Shown here: piece by piece, positions 8,792 through 19,779 of the stretch | How the letters are laid out: each line of letters starts with the position of its first letter | Numbering within the stretch: position 1 is the first letter of the stretch | NCBI GenBank assembly: GCA_016875335.1 | Contig: VGRO01000004.1 | Location: forward strand, 32,158-96,157 | Direction: 5' to 3' | From: Deltaproteobacteria bacterium | GTDB taxonomy: Bacteria > Myxococcota_A > UBA9042 | Length of the DNA: 64,000 nt | The notes under the pieces: model-generated | The model's input: the letters and a program-made list of their open reading frames with translations, nothing else | The model's database searches: none | What the model was told of the DNA's origin: nothing | Translations under genes and position numbers: made by a program

Positions 8792-10360
8792 CTACTTGGC
8801 CGACAGCGCCGACTGCTTGGGTGAGCAGGCCTCGGCGTCTTGCTGCTGGTTGGTGCAGACGGTGCTGCGCACCGTGAGGTTGCCGGCGTTGTCGATGGCG
8901 GTCTTGACGGCGCTGAACTTGTTGTCGCCCTTGAGCCCGCCCGCGTCCGGCAGCTTGGCCAGCCCGGCCTTGTTGACGACGATGCCGAACTGACCGCCCT
9001 CAAACTCGCTGCCGGCCACGGCGATGTCGATGCCCAGTGCGCCGCTCGCGGCCTTGGGCTGGTGCGCCACCACTCCGGCGCGGGCGTTGTTGGCGAAGCG
9101 CGCGCCCTGGACCTTCAAGCTCGAACCGTGGAATGCCCCGAGGCCGTCGCCCACGTCTTCGAGCATGCCGCCCGCCGGTTCGGCGAATTTGCGGGCCTGC
9201 GTGCCCTCGATGCGCGCGCCGCTGACCTCGATGCGCCCGCCCTTGGCGGCGCCGGCGCCCAACAGGCCGTTGTTGCGCAGTCGCGCCTTGGCGCCCAACT
9301 GCAGCACGGCACCCGTGCCCTGGATCCAGGCGCCGCCGGTCTCGTTGCCCGACAGTTCGCCCTCGATGCTGACTTGCGCCTGCGTGGCGGCAATCAAGCC
9401 GGCCCGTCCGTTGCCAGTCACCGCGCTCTGGGCGTCGACCACCAGGGCGCCGGCCTTGGTCTTGGTGCTGGCGGCCACCACCACGCCGTCGGCAAAGTCG
9501 CCGGTCGCGGTCTTGGCGGTGTCACGGATGGCGCTGCGCGAAATCGAGGCGCCGCCTCCGAACAGCGCAAGGCCGAAATTGCTGTTCTTGCGGATGTCGG
9601 TGGCGGCAATCTGCACGGGCAGCTTGGGCGCATCGTTGCTGCCGGGCGCAAACGCCGGGTCGACGATGGCCACGCCGCCGCCCTGGTTGTTGGCGATGAC
9701 GCTGGCCGGTGCAAACGCCGGATCGACGATCGCCGCGCCGCCATCGGAGGCGCCGGGCTTGAACGCCGGGTCGACGATCGACACCGCCGCCACGCCGACC
9801 GCCAGCACGCCCGTGCCAATGTTGTTTTGGATTCTCGCGCTCTCCAGCACCAATTCGGCGCCACCCTCGGCCTGCACACCGTGACCGCCGGCGCCGTCCT
9901 TGGTCGGCTGGGTGCCGCTCACCGCCACATCGGAGAGCACCAGCGACGCCCCTGCTGCCGCAATGCCGTAGCCAGTCGCGCCCTTGACCGCCACGCCGCG
10001 GATGGTGGACTTGCCGCTGCCTTTGACCGTGATGCCGCTGGCGCCGCCGGCATCCAAGAACACCTGGGTCGCGCCCGGCCCCACCACGTGGACCCCGGCC
10101 GGCAAAGTGAAACTGCCGCCGTAGCTGCCCCCCGCCAGCACGACGGTATCGCCCGCCTTGGCGGCGGCCGCGGCCTGGGCTGGCGTGGCGTAGGGCGCCG
10201 CCTGGGTGCCGTCGCCGGAAGCGGAGCCGCAGGCGCTGGACACGTACTTGGCCGAACCGCTAGCGGCGGGCCAACTCTCCGTGCACGAGTCGGCACACCC
10301 CGCGAGGTGGCAAAGAGTGGAAATCGGAAAGCAAACGGCGAAAAGGCGGGCGATCTTCAT
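8792..10360 (-). CDS. secreted lipoprotein with right-handed parallel beta-helix (pectin-lyase-like) repeats
   Basis: Start MKIARLFAVCFPISTLCHLAGC (lipobox) at 10360. Repetitive G/A/V-rich beta-helix-like repeats (IVDPAFAPGS..., NNIGTGVLAVG...). The N-terminal 477 codons of listed ORF 8792..11794 are run-on upstream sequence; the plus ORF 8840..10369 is an antisense shadow. Confidence 0.65.
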   Translation of the reverse strand: MKIARLFAVCFPISTLCHLAGCADSCTESWPAASGSAKYVSSACGSASGDGTQAAPYATPAQAAAAAKAGDTVVLAGGSYGGSFTLPAGVHVVGPGATQVFLDAGGASGITVKGSGKSTIRGVAVKGATGYGIAAAGASLVLSDVAVSGTQPTKDGAGGHGVQAEGGAELVLESARIQNNIGTGVLAVGVAAVSIVDPAFKPGASDGGAAIVDPAFAPASVIANNQGGGVAIVDPAFAPGSNDAPKLPVQIAATDIRKNSNFGLALFGGGASISRSAIRDTAKTATGDFADGVVVAASTKTKAGALVVDAQSAVTGNGRAGLIAATQAQVSIEGELSGNETGGAWIQGTGAVLQLGAKARLRNNGLLGAGAAKGGRIEVSGARIEGTQARKFAEPAGGMLEDVGDGLGAFHGSSLKVQGARFANNARAGVVAHQPKAASGALGIDIAVAGSEFEGGQFGIVVNKAGLAKLPDAGGLKGDNKFSAVKTAIDNAGNLTVRSTVCTNQQQDAEACSPKQSALSAK

Positions 10361-10434
10361 GGTCGCTAGCCTAGCAAGCGGGACGCGTTGGGTGCAAGGC
10401 GCGGGTCCCTGTGAGAGTGCTGCGGCGCTGCCTG

Positions 10435-13400
10435 CTACTTGGGACCGCAGAAGAACTGGCCCGTGGCCGAAAAAGCCCGCGCGATGATCGACCGCTCGCC
10501 CGCGGCGCTGTGATCGCCAAAGCCGATCCAGCCACCGGCCGGCCGCGGAAACACCGTGCGCAGCACCGCACTGGACGGCACCACCAGCGCGCTCGTCCAC
10601 CCCAGTTTGCCGTCGCCGCCGACCCCCAGCGCCAGGGTCGCCAGTGCGCTCGCGACACCGGCCGCCTGTGCCACCACCACAGCACCTTGGCCGGCCGCGT
10701 GGCCCCCGAGCGGCAGTTGGCTGCCGTCGATGGCCAAGGTGTGATCGACCGCGAGCTTGCCGTCGCCGCTGAACCGCACGACGCGCACGTCGTTTTGCCC
10801 GGCGATTGCTTGCCGCGCGACCACCAGCAAGTCGCCGCTCGACAGGGCCAACACCCTGACCACCTCGACGTTGGACGGCGAGGCGACGGTCGCGGACCAC
10901 ACTGGGACCCCTGCTGTCGACAGCCGGATCACGAGCACGATGTTCTTGACCTCCTCGGCGCCAGCCACCACCCAGCCGTCGGCCAGGGCGGCGATGTCGG
11001 TCAATTGGCCGGGCTGCATCGGGTGCGTGAACGACCACAGGGACTTGCCGCCGAGATCGCGTGCCTCGGCGGCCGGCCGCCGCGTGGTCGCACCCGAAGC
11101 CACGTGACCGACGGCGACAAAGGTGCCCTTGCCGTCGGTGGCCACGCCGAACCAGGCCTGGGGACCGGTCTCGTCGGGGCTGTCGACCACCAGCAGCTTG
11201 CCCGCCGCATCGGCGCGGGCCCAGACGCTGTTGCGCTGCAGGGCGTTGCCGCCCTTGGGCTGACTCCAACCGACCAACCACGCGCCGCCATCGGCGGTGG
11301 CGGCGACGCCCTGCAGCGCTTCCTGGCCGCCAGGCACGACATCGTGGTACTGCACGGCGACCGGGGCCCCTGCCGAGTCGACGCGGGCGACCAGGCTGCC
11401 GGCGGCGTCGGACGGCACAGCGCTGACATTGTGGAACCCGGCCAGCCACCAGCCGGCCTGAGCTGCGGGCGCGCCGCCCAGCACGAATTCGGCGACCTTG
11501 GCGTCGCCAAAAAGTTGCTGCGTCCACGGACACGGACCGCAGTGGCCGGCCGCGCAGCTGTGGTCGCCCGAGCAGGCGGCGGTGGTCGCAGCAGCGGCTG
11601 CGAGGCAGCCGGCCGAAGGCGAACAGGTGTCGGTCGTGCACGGGTTGCCGTCGGTGCAGTCGTGGACGACCGAGCCGATGCAGGCCCCGTCCAGGCAGCG
11701 GTCGAGGTCGAGGCAGGCGTCGCCGTCGTCGCAGTCGCCGGTCTGGCGCACCGGCCGCGGACCGGCCCACAAGTCGCACTGCTGGCGCAGGCAAGGCGGA
11801 TCGTAGCCGACTGGACTCGGGTCGAGCTGGCTTTCGCCGGTGGCCACTTCCAGTCGTGCGACGGCGCCGTGGCGCGCGCCTTCCGCAGTCTCTCGCGTGC
11901 CGGTCACGACCACCTGGTGGCCGGCGAGGCGAACTCCGCCTTGCAGACGCACATTTCCGAAATCACTGCCAAATCCAACGCGATTCCACACGACGGTGTC
12001 CTTGGCCGATATCCGCACGGTCCACGACGAGCCAAAGGTGTCAGGCCCGCCGTAGTTGGCCGTGCCAAAGCCCACCACCGCGCCGTCGTGCAGGGGCACG
12101 GCACCAAACAGGATCGCACCATTGGGCAATGGGCCGCCGCCATTGGCCTTGTCGATGGCCACCGCGCTCAGGCGCTCGCCCTGGGCGTCGAAGCGCGTGA
12201 CCAGGATCTGCGAGAGGACGCCGCTGGTGGCCCGGCCGACGGCGACCGCTCCACCGTCCGGCGTGCGGGCGATGCCCTGCAGTTCGTCGAAGGCCGCGTT
12301 GGCGCCGTTCTTGCCATTGGTCCGGTCGAAGTAGTAGAGCAGCGGCTTGCCGTCCTTGCCGAGCGCGACGCTGCCGTCTTGATGCAGCACGCAGATCATC
12401 TCGTCTTGCTGGGCTGCGCCAGCCACCGCCGGCACGGTGCGGTAGCCGGCCGCGAGGATCCGCGCCGCCGCGCCCCAGCCGACCACCGCCACGCCGCTGA
12501 ACTGGTCGTGTTTGCTGTCGCCGTGGCGCAGTTCCCACTTCAAGCCGAGGTTGGCGTCCATCCCCGCGATCCAGCCGTCCGCCAGCCCTTTGGACGCGGA
12601 AAAGGAGTAGCCGACCGCGACCCAATCGCCCGACGGCAGCGCCGCGGCGCGCAAGAGCACGTCGTCTTCGCCGGCGCCCACGGTCTTGTCAGCGAGCACC
12701 TTGCCGGCGGCGCCGACCAGCAGCAGCCACCCGTCGGATTTGCCGGCCCCGGAAGACGTGCTGTCGCCGACCGCCAGCCAGGCGGCAGCCGGTCCACGCG
12801 CGAGGCCGCGCAGGCGGTCGATGCCGGGTTTTTCGAAGACCTTGTCCCACAGCACTTGGCCCTCGGCGCTGACCGCATGCAGCCAGCCGTCGGCCGCACC
12901 GTTGCTGCCAACGGTATGCCCGGCCGCCAACACCGCGTTGCCGTCAAGCGTGGCCGCGCCGGGCAGGTCGGCGGCGGTCGACGGCGCCGGCAGGTCCACA
13001 AACAGGTGGCAATCGCAACCGTCCTGACCGGTGGCAGCGTCGATGCGCAGCAGGAGCCCATCGGGCATGTCGGGGCTCTGGGTCGACGTCGCCTTGTCGG
13101 GCCGCGTGGCGCCGGCCAGGACCACGTCGCCGTCCGGCAACGCGCAACCGCCGCGGCCCTCTTCAGCGCCGTACTGGTCGTATTCGCGCTGCCAGAGGGT
13201 CTTGCCGGTGGCGTCGACGGCTGCCGCCCAGGCGTTGGCCTTGTCGTAGTTGGCGGCGACCACGGCCTTGTCGCCCGCGAGATTGCGGGTGCGGGTGCCC
13301 ATCGCCGTCCACCCGCCGCCGGGCCGCGGCGCCAAGGCCCGGACCACCTCGCCTCCGTCGTCGGGCAGCAGCCATTGGGCCAGTTCGGACCCATCGCCGG

Positions 13401-16400
13401 CCACCCGCACCAACCAACCGTCGCCGGGAGCCAGCAGATTGGCGGCGTTGCGCACGCCCCCCAAGGTCCAGGTGCCGTCGGCATTGGCGACAAGTGCGTG
13501 GAACGCCTCGTGCTGGGTGGTGCCGAACGACTTGGACCACACCGCGTTGCCGGCGAGGTCGAGGCGGACGACCCAGGCGTCCTGCTGTTGGCTCGGCGCC
13601 TTGGGGTTGCCGCGCTGGCCGACCGCCCACGCACCCTGGCCGTCGGGTTGCAGCGCCACCGCCCACAGGTGCTCGGACACGGCGGTCTGCGACCCTGTCT
13701 GCTGGCCGATGAGCTTGCTCCACGCGAGCTTTCCGGCCAGATCGATGCGGGCAACGAGCGCGTCGGTGGCGCCGCCCTTGGCGTTGTCGATGCGGCCGAC
13801 CGCCAGCGCGCCGCCGTCGGTCAGGGTTGCCACCCCGTCGAAGCGGCCGAGGTCGGTGGCCCCGCTGCCTGCGGGAGGCGGCAACACCAGTTGGGCCTGC
13901 ACATCGCCATTGGCGTCGACGCGCACCAGCCACGGCCGCTGGGCCGGCGCCTTGCCTTGGCCGACGCCAGCGAACCACGCGCCGCCATCGGGCCGCGGCG
14001 ATACCGCCAAGAGGCGATCGGCGCCCGAGGCAGGCGAAGGGCTGTCGGCGACATAGGTGCGCTCGAAAAGCCAGGCGCCCTGCGCGTCGTGCCACACCGC
14101 CCAGCCGCGGGTGGCCTGGGTGCCATCAACCGAGGCCGCGCCCACGGCGACGAGGCCGGCGCCCGGCAAGGCGGCGACTTCTTCCTGCTCTTCGCGCTGG
14201 GCCTTGCTGGCATATTTGCAGGCAGCGGGCCAGGTGCCCGGCGCCGACGCCAGCAGCGACACTTCGGCGCAGCCGCCGCGCTCGATCCTGCGCCACGCGC
14301 CGCACCCGCCGCACTGGCCTTGATGGCACAGGCGCCCCAGGCTGCACGGAGCCTGGTTGGCCGCGTGCACGCAGGTCTTGCCGTCACCGGCGCACGCGTC
14401 GTCAGTGCACGGGTTGGCGTCGTCGCAGCCGGTCGCGGTGACGCCCTGGCACAGACCGGCGGCGCACCCATCGCTGCCCGTACACGGGTTGTGATCGTCG
14501 CACGGCCCGCTAGCTACGGGTGCGTGGGCGCAGCCGCCTGGGCCGCAGCCGTCGGTGGTGCATGCGTTGTCGTCGTCGCATGCCGCGGCTGGGTTGGCCT
14601 CGTGCAGGCAGCCATCGACCACGTCGCAGCTGTCGAACGTGCAGGGGTCCTGGTCGTCGCAGTTGACCTTCTTGCCAGCGCAACCTCCGTCCAAGCACGC
14701 GTCGCCGCCGGTGCAGGCATTGCCGTCGTTGCAGGGGCCGCCGGGCGGGATGGCAGACTGCGTGCACTGGCCGGTCTTGGGGTTGCACTGCGCCTTGGTG
14801 CACGCTGTGTCCTGGTCCAGTGGGCAGACGACCACGGTCGATGGTTTGATCTTGCACTGGAACGGCAACTGGGCTTTGTCGCAGTACAGCGTGCCATTGC
14901 ACAGGTTGCCGTCTTCGTTCTTTGCGCAGTCCAGGTCGGCGTAGCAACCGCACAGGTCGCTGCCGGGAATGCACTTGCCGCCCAGGCACGTGTCGCCAAA
15001 GGTGCACAGCGAGCCGTCTTCACACGGGCTCTGGTTGGGTTGCGGCAGGTTGGCGCACTTGCCAGCCTTCGGGTCACAGGCATAGGTGTGGCATGGCGGC
15101 GGGGCGCCGCTGCCGCAGGTGACCACGGTCGCCGGGTTGACCGCGCACTGAAAGGGCACCTTCTGCTTGTTGCAGTACAGTGCGCCATTGCATGCGTTGC
15201 CGTCTTCGAACGGGGCGCACTGGCTGTCGGCCGTGCAACTGCAGGTGTTGGCGCCGGCCACGCACTGGCCCGCATCGCAAGCGTCGGTCTCGGTACACGG
15301 GTTGCCGTCGGCATCGCAGGCTTGGCCCTGGTTGCGCTGGGTCATCGCGCACTTGCCGGTTTGCGGGCTGCACAGATTGGCGAGGCAGAAGGTGTCGGCC
15401 GCCGGACTGCACGCCACCACGGTGTTGGGGTTGACCTTGCACGATCCCGTGGGTTTGTCGCAGTACAGGCTGCCGTTGCACGGGTTGCCATCCTCCTGTT
15501 GGGCGCAGTCCGCGTCCGCCTGGCAGACGCACACGTTGGGTCCGGCCTTGCAGCCGCCGGCTTTGCAGGCGTCGCCGGTCGTGCAAGGCGAGCCGTCGGC
15601 GTCGCACGCCGTTCCGTCCGCGAGCGCGGTCATCGCGCACTGGCCGCTGGCTTTCTGACAGACGTTGAGCGTACAAGCGGAGTCGCCGCCACCCGGACAC
15701 GTGACCACCGTCGCCGGGTTGACGGCGCACACGTAGGGCAGTTTGGCCTTGTCGCAGTACAGGGTCCCGTTGCACAGGTCTCCGTCGTCCTTGCCCTTGC
15801 AGTCGTCGGTGGCGGTGCAGGCGCACAGGTTGGTCGCGGCCTTGCACGCGCCGGCCAGGCAGGCGTCGTCGGGGGTGCACGGGTTGGCGTCGTCGCAGGC
15901 GGTTCCGTCCTTGGCCAGGACCACCGCGCACTTGCCGGTCTTGGGGTTGCACTGGTTCTTGCTGCACGCGGTGTCGGCGGCGCTCGGGCAACTGACCACC
16001 GTGGCCGGATTGATCTGGCACAGGTGCGGCGCCAGGGTCTTGTTGCAGAACAGCGTGCCATTGCACAGGTCGTTGTCTTCGACGGCCTTGCAGTCGCTGT
16101 CGCTCTGGCAACCACATGCGCTCGGACCCGACGCGCACGCTCCCGCCTTGCAGGTGTCGGCGACCGTACAGACCTGGCCGTCTTCGCACGGGCCGCCGTC
16201 GTTGACAGCTGCGTAGGCGCAGGCGCCGGTCGTGGGCGCGCAGGTGTTCTTGCTGCATGGCGTGTCGGAGGCCGGCGAGCAGGCGACGACCGTGCCCGGG
16301 TTGGTCTTGCACGACCAGGGCAGCGCCGACTTGTCGCAATAGGGCACGCCGTTGCACAGGTTGCCGTCGTCGGCACAGTCGGCGTTCTGCTTGCACAGGC

Positions 16401-17159
16401 ACAGGTCTGGGCCCGGCACACACGCGCCGGACAGGCAGTGGTCGCCGTCGGTGCAAATCTTGCCGTCTTCGCACGGCCCGGCCTGGTTGGTGGGCGTGGC
16501 TTCGCAGGCGCCGCTCAGCGGGTTGCACTGCTGGGCAAGGCACGGGCTTTCGGCGGGCGGGCACACGACTTGCGATCCGGGCTTGGCGGCGCACACGGCC
16601 GGGTTCTGTTTCTTGTCGCAAAAAAGATTCCGTTGCACAGGTTTGCGTCGTCCAGGGCCGCGCAGGCCGCGTCGCTGGTGCAGCCACAGCCGTTGGTGCC
16701 CGGCTGGCACAACCCGTCGGCGCAGTGGTCGGCGACGGTGCACGAATCGCCGTCGTCGCACGGGGCGTTGTCGAGCGACGGCACGACCGCGCAAGTCTTG
16801 GTGGCCACCAGGCAGCGCGCCTCGAGGCAGGGCAGATTGGGGTCGGGGCAATCGCCGTTCTTGGCGCATGGCGGGCCTGCGCGGGCTGCGGTGACGTCGC
16901 TCGCGGGCGGCACGTCGCTGGTGGAGCCGCTCTCGGTCGGCACGGCGTCGGCGCCGGTTTCGAGTTGCGCGTCGCCGGCACGCGCCTGGTCGGGCGCCGA
17001 CGCCAGGTCGCCCAGGGTCGCGTCCAAGGCGGCGACATCGGCAGCGGGTGCGGTACTGTCGGCCGCTGAGGTCGGCGCGTCACGACATGCGGCGAGCGCG
17101 ACCGAGAGGCCCAGGGCCATCGCCGACGATCGAACCCAGCGCGCAGCAAGCATCGCCAA
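10435..17159 (-). CDS. giant (about 2,240 aa) secreted lipoprotein: N- and C-terminal arrays of Cys-rich repeats (C-x-DG-x-C-T-x-D-x-C-x-x-G-x-C / LCNGxxxC) flanking beta-propeller-like repeats; frame interrupted by a 1-nt shift near 16620-16626
   Basis: ORF 16515..17159 has a lipobox N-terminus (MAMLAARWVRSSAMALGLSVALAAC) and then Cys repeats ending ...DDANLCNGIFF. ORF 10435..16869 resumes the same repeat (...NLFCDKKQNPAVC...) in another frame. The junction lies at an A6 run (plus strand gcaaaaaag, 16618-16626). The central region has about 20 repeats of DGG-W-AVG propeller type. The plus ORF 10411..17178 is an antisense shadow. Confidence 0.7.
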
Positions 17160-17297
17160 CCTCCGCGCGGCAGGCTAGCAGAGATCGGCTGGTGCGGGCA
17201 GGGGCGACGCAGGGATCGCGGTCGGCCGCCACGCTTGGCGTTTTGGCACGATGTGGCTATTTTGCGGTCAGGGCGTTTGTCCCTGGGAGGTTCGAGC

Positions 17298-17900
17298 ATG
17301 GCCGCGACCAGGGCGCAAGCCGACGCAGGGCAGGCACAACCGGCGCCTTCGGCCTTGGCGCCGTCGATGCTCATCGCGATGCCCGGCATGGAGGACGGCT
17401 TTTTTGCGCGTACGGTCATCTTGCTGGTCGAGCACGGCGCCGAGGGTGCGGGCGGCGTGGTGCTCAACCGGGTGGCCCCGCTCGACCTGGACACGCTGCT
17501 CAAGTCGACCGGGTTGGACAAGGCGCCGAGCGGGCCGCACCCGGTGTGGGTGGGCGGCCCGGTGTCGCCCCAGGCCGGGCTGGTGCTGTACTTGGACGAG
17601 GGCGGCAAGCGCTATGACCACGACATCGAAGTGCTGCCCGGTCTGCGGCTGTCGGCCTCGCTCAACGTGCTGCGCGACGTGGCGGCCGGCAAGGGCCCCA
17701 AGTCCTTCGGCCTCTACTTGGGCCGCGCCGGCTGGGGTCCCGGGCAACTGGAAGAGGAGTTGGCCAAGGGCGCGTGGCTGACCACCGAACCCGACCTGGC
17801 GTTGCTTTTCTGCACCGACGGCGACGCGGCGTGGCGGCGCGCGCTCAGCGGCCTTGGCACCGACGAACAGCACGTCGTGCGCGAAATCGCCAGTGCATAA
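17298..17900 (+). CDS. yqgE: YqgE/AlgH family protein (UPF0301)
   Basis: MLIAMPGMEDGFFARTVILLVEHGAEGAGGVVLNRV...WVGGPV... is typical of YqgE/AlgH. Start at ATG 17298 (MAATRAQ); the listed ATG 17235 is also possible. Confidence 0.8.
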   Translation: MAATRAQADAGQAQPAPSALAPSMLIAMPGMEDGFFARTVILLVEHGAEGAGGVVLNRVAPLDLDTLLKSTGLDKAPSGPHPVWVGGPVSPQAGLVLYLDEGGKRYDHDIEVLPGLRLSASLNVLRDVAAGKGPKSFGLYLGRAGWGPGQLEEELAKGAWLTTEPDLALLFCTDGDAAWRRALSGLGTDEQHVVREIASA

Positions 17901-18954
17901 CGCAGTTCTGGGCGCCCTTGCCGCTTTGCTCGCGGCGAGCGCGTGCGGCGAGGACGCGCCCGACCGCGCCGACGCCGCGACCGCGCCGACCGACACCGAC
18001 ACCGGCCGCGCCGCCAGCCCAGACACCGCCGGGCGCCTCGTCTTGGACGCCCCTGCCGCGGACCCGGGCAGCGCCGACGCACCGGCCGACCACGGCCCGC
18101 CCGTGTTGGACGTCGCGATCGATGGCGCAGCGCTGCCCGACGCGGCCGGTTGCACCCCGCTGTGCAAGGGCAAGGTCTGCGGTCCCAACGGCTGCGGGTC
18201 CGTGTGCGGGTTTTGCAAGTCGGGCGAGTTCTGCGCGGCCGACGGCAGCAAATGCCAGGGCTTTTGCGAAAAGAACTGCAAGGACAAGGTCTGCGGTTCC
18301 GACGGCTGCAACGGCCTGTGCGGCACCTGCGACAAGGGGTTTTCGTGCGGCGACGACTTCAAGTGCTACGCCGACGCCTGTCAGGGGTCGTGCACTGGCA
18401 AGGCGTGCGGCGACAACGGCTGCGGCAAGTCGTGTGGCGTCTGCGCCGGCAGCGACTACTGCGACGCTGGCCAGTGTATGGCCAACGCATGCAAGGGCCT
18501 CGATGTGCAAAAGGGCCAGTGCGACGGGGACCTGCTGCTGACCTGTTCGGGCACGGGCGCCGCTGCCAAGAAATTGGTCAAAGACTGCGCGGCCCCGCCC
18601 AACCTGCAGAACCTGACCTGCGGCTGGGACGCCGCCGCGAACAAGAACGGCTGCGTGCCCAAGACCTGCGACCCGAGCTGCACCACCGACGCCGGCGACA
18701 AGATGGTGTGCGGCAACAACGCCTGCGGGCAACCCTGCGGCACCTGCCCCGAGGGCTGGAAGTGCAATGTGACCTCGTGCGCGCCGGCCGAGGGCGCCTC
18801 GTGCACGCCCGGCAACTTTCCGCCCGAGGGCCAGTGCAGCGGCAGCACCTGGATCTACTGCAACACCGGCAAGCTCAAATTCGTCGATTGCAAGGCCGCT
18901 GGCATGGACAAGTGCGGCTGGAACGCGGCGGCCGGCAAGTTCGAGTGCCTATAG
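17854..18954 (+). CDS. Cys-rich secreted lipoprotein with repeated C-x-GK-x-CG-x-(N/D)GCG-x-x-CG-x-C modules
   Basis: Lipobox ...GALAALLAASAC; the GTG at 17892 overlapping the yqgE stop is a probable alternative start. At least five CGxxGCG modules (KVCGPNGCGSVCGFC; KVCGSDGCNGLCGTC; KACGDNGCGKSCGVC; MVCGNNACGQPCGTC). Confidence 0.6.
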   Translation: MAPTNSTSCAKSPVHNAVLGALAALLAASACGEDAPDRADAATAPTDTDTGRAASPDTAGRLVLDAPAADPGSADAPADHGPPVLDVAIDGAALPDAAGCTPLCKGKVCGPNGCGSVCGFCKSGEFCAADGSKCQGFCEKNCKDKVCGSDGCNGLCGTCDKGFSCGDDFKCYADACQGSCTGKACGDNGCGKSCGVCAGSDYCDAGQCMANACKGLDVQKGQCDGDLLLTCSGTGAAAKKLVKDCAAPPNLQNLTCGWDAAANKNGCVPKTCDPSCTTDAGDKMVCGNNACGQPCGTCPEGWKCNVTSCAPAEGASCTPGNFPPEGQCSGSTWIYCNTGKLKFVDCKAAGMDKCGWNAAAGKFECL

Positions 18955-19746
18955 GCCCGCTGCCATGTGCTGCTTGTAGCGCAGCCCCTCCCGGGCACCG
19001 TAGGGTCCGTAGAACACGTCGTCGAGCGTCAGGCCGTGGGCCGGCGCCGTCTGACCGGCCAGGGAGCGGTCGCCCGCCGACAACATGGCGTCCACGTCGG
19101 CAGGACGAAACCGGTGGCGACCGGCGCCGACCAGCGTCCCAGCGAGGATGCGCACCATGTTGTGCAAGAAGGCGTTGCCCTCGATGGTCAGTTCGACCAT
19201 TTCGCCGGCCAGGGCGACCTCGACCCGGTGCAGCGTCCGCAGTGTGGTGGCCGCCGTGCACTGCACCGATCGGAAGGCGGCAAAATCGTGCGCGCCGACG
19301 AACCGCTCTGCTGCCGCACGCATGGCGACCAGATCCAGTCGGCCTTTACAGTGCCAACTGTTGCGGCGCCACAGCGGCAACCGCACGGGCCCAGGCTGCA
19401 CGCGATAAATGTAGCGTTTGCCGATGGCGTCGGCGCGCACGTCGAACCCTTCGGGCAGGTCCTCGGCCGAAGTGACCTTGAGATCATCGCCCAGGTAGGC
19501 GTTCAGGCCCAGTTGCGCCCCTTTGGGCGGCATGGCCAGGCGCGTGCGCACCAGGACCGGCATGCGCCGCGCGTGGACCCCGGCGTCGGTGCGCGAGCTG
19601 GACCGCATCACCACCCTTTCGTCGAACTTGCGCTGCCAGGCGGCCTCGAGCTCACCGCCGACCGTGCGCAGGCCCTCGCCCTGGCGCTGGAAGCCACAGA
19701 ACCCGCCGCCGTCGAACTGCACCCACAGCAGCAGCGGGCGCATGCC
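18949..19746 (-). CDS. truA: tRNA pseudouridine(38-40) synthase TruA
   Basis: MRPLLLWVQFDGGGFCGFQRQ N-terminus and the catalytic RTDAGVHA motif. Start taken at the internal ATG 19746. Confidence 0.85.
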   Translation of the reverse strand, partial: GMRPLLLWVQFDGGGFCGFQRQGEGLRTVGGELEAAWQRKFDERVVMRSSSRTDAGVHARRMPVLVRTRLAMPPKGAQLGLNAYLGDDLKVTSAEDLPEGFDVRADAIGKRYIYRVQPGPVRLPLWRRNSWHCKGRLDLVAMRAAAERFVGAHDFAAFRSVQCTAATTLRTLHRVEVALAGEMVELTIEGNAFLHNMVRILAGTLVGAGRHRFRPADVDAMLSAGDRSLAGQTAPAHGLTLDDVFYGPYGAREGLRYKQHMAAGL

Positions 19747-19779
19747 GAAATCGACGGCAGCCGATTCGTCGCGCACGGC

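Noticed and set aside
10411-17178. 2,255-aa plus-strand ORF, the longest in the track
   Set aside because: It is antisense to the Cys-rich-repeat gene. Its translation is R/A/G/V-rich low-complexity with no motifs, whereas the minus strand shows clear repeat architecture. This is a typical GC-rich antisense shadow.
15074-17608. 844-aa minus ORF in an alternative frame across the start of the giant gene
   Set aside because: It overlaps the clearly coding Cys-repeat frame and its product is Pro/Arg/Ala-rich low-complexity. It is therefore an alternate-frame artefact.
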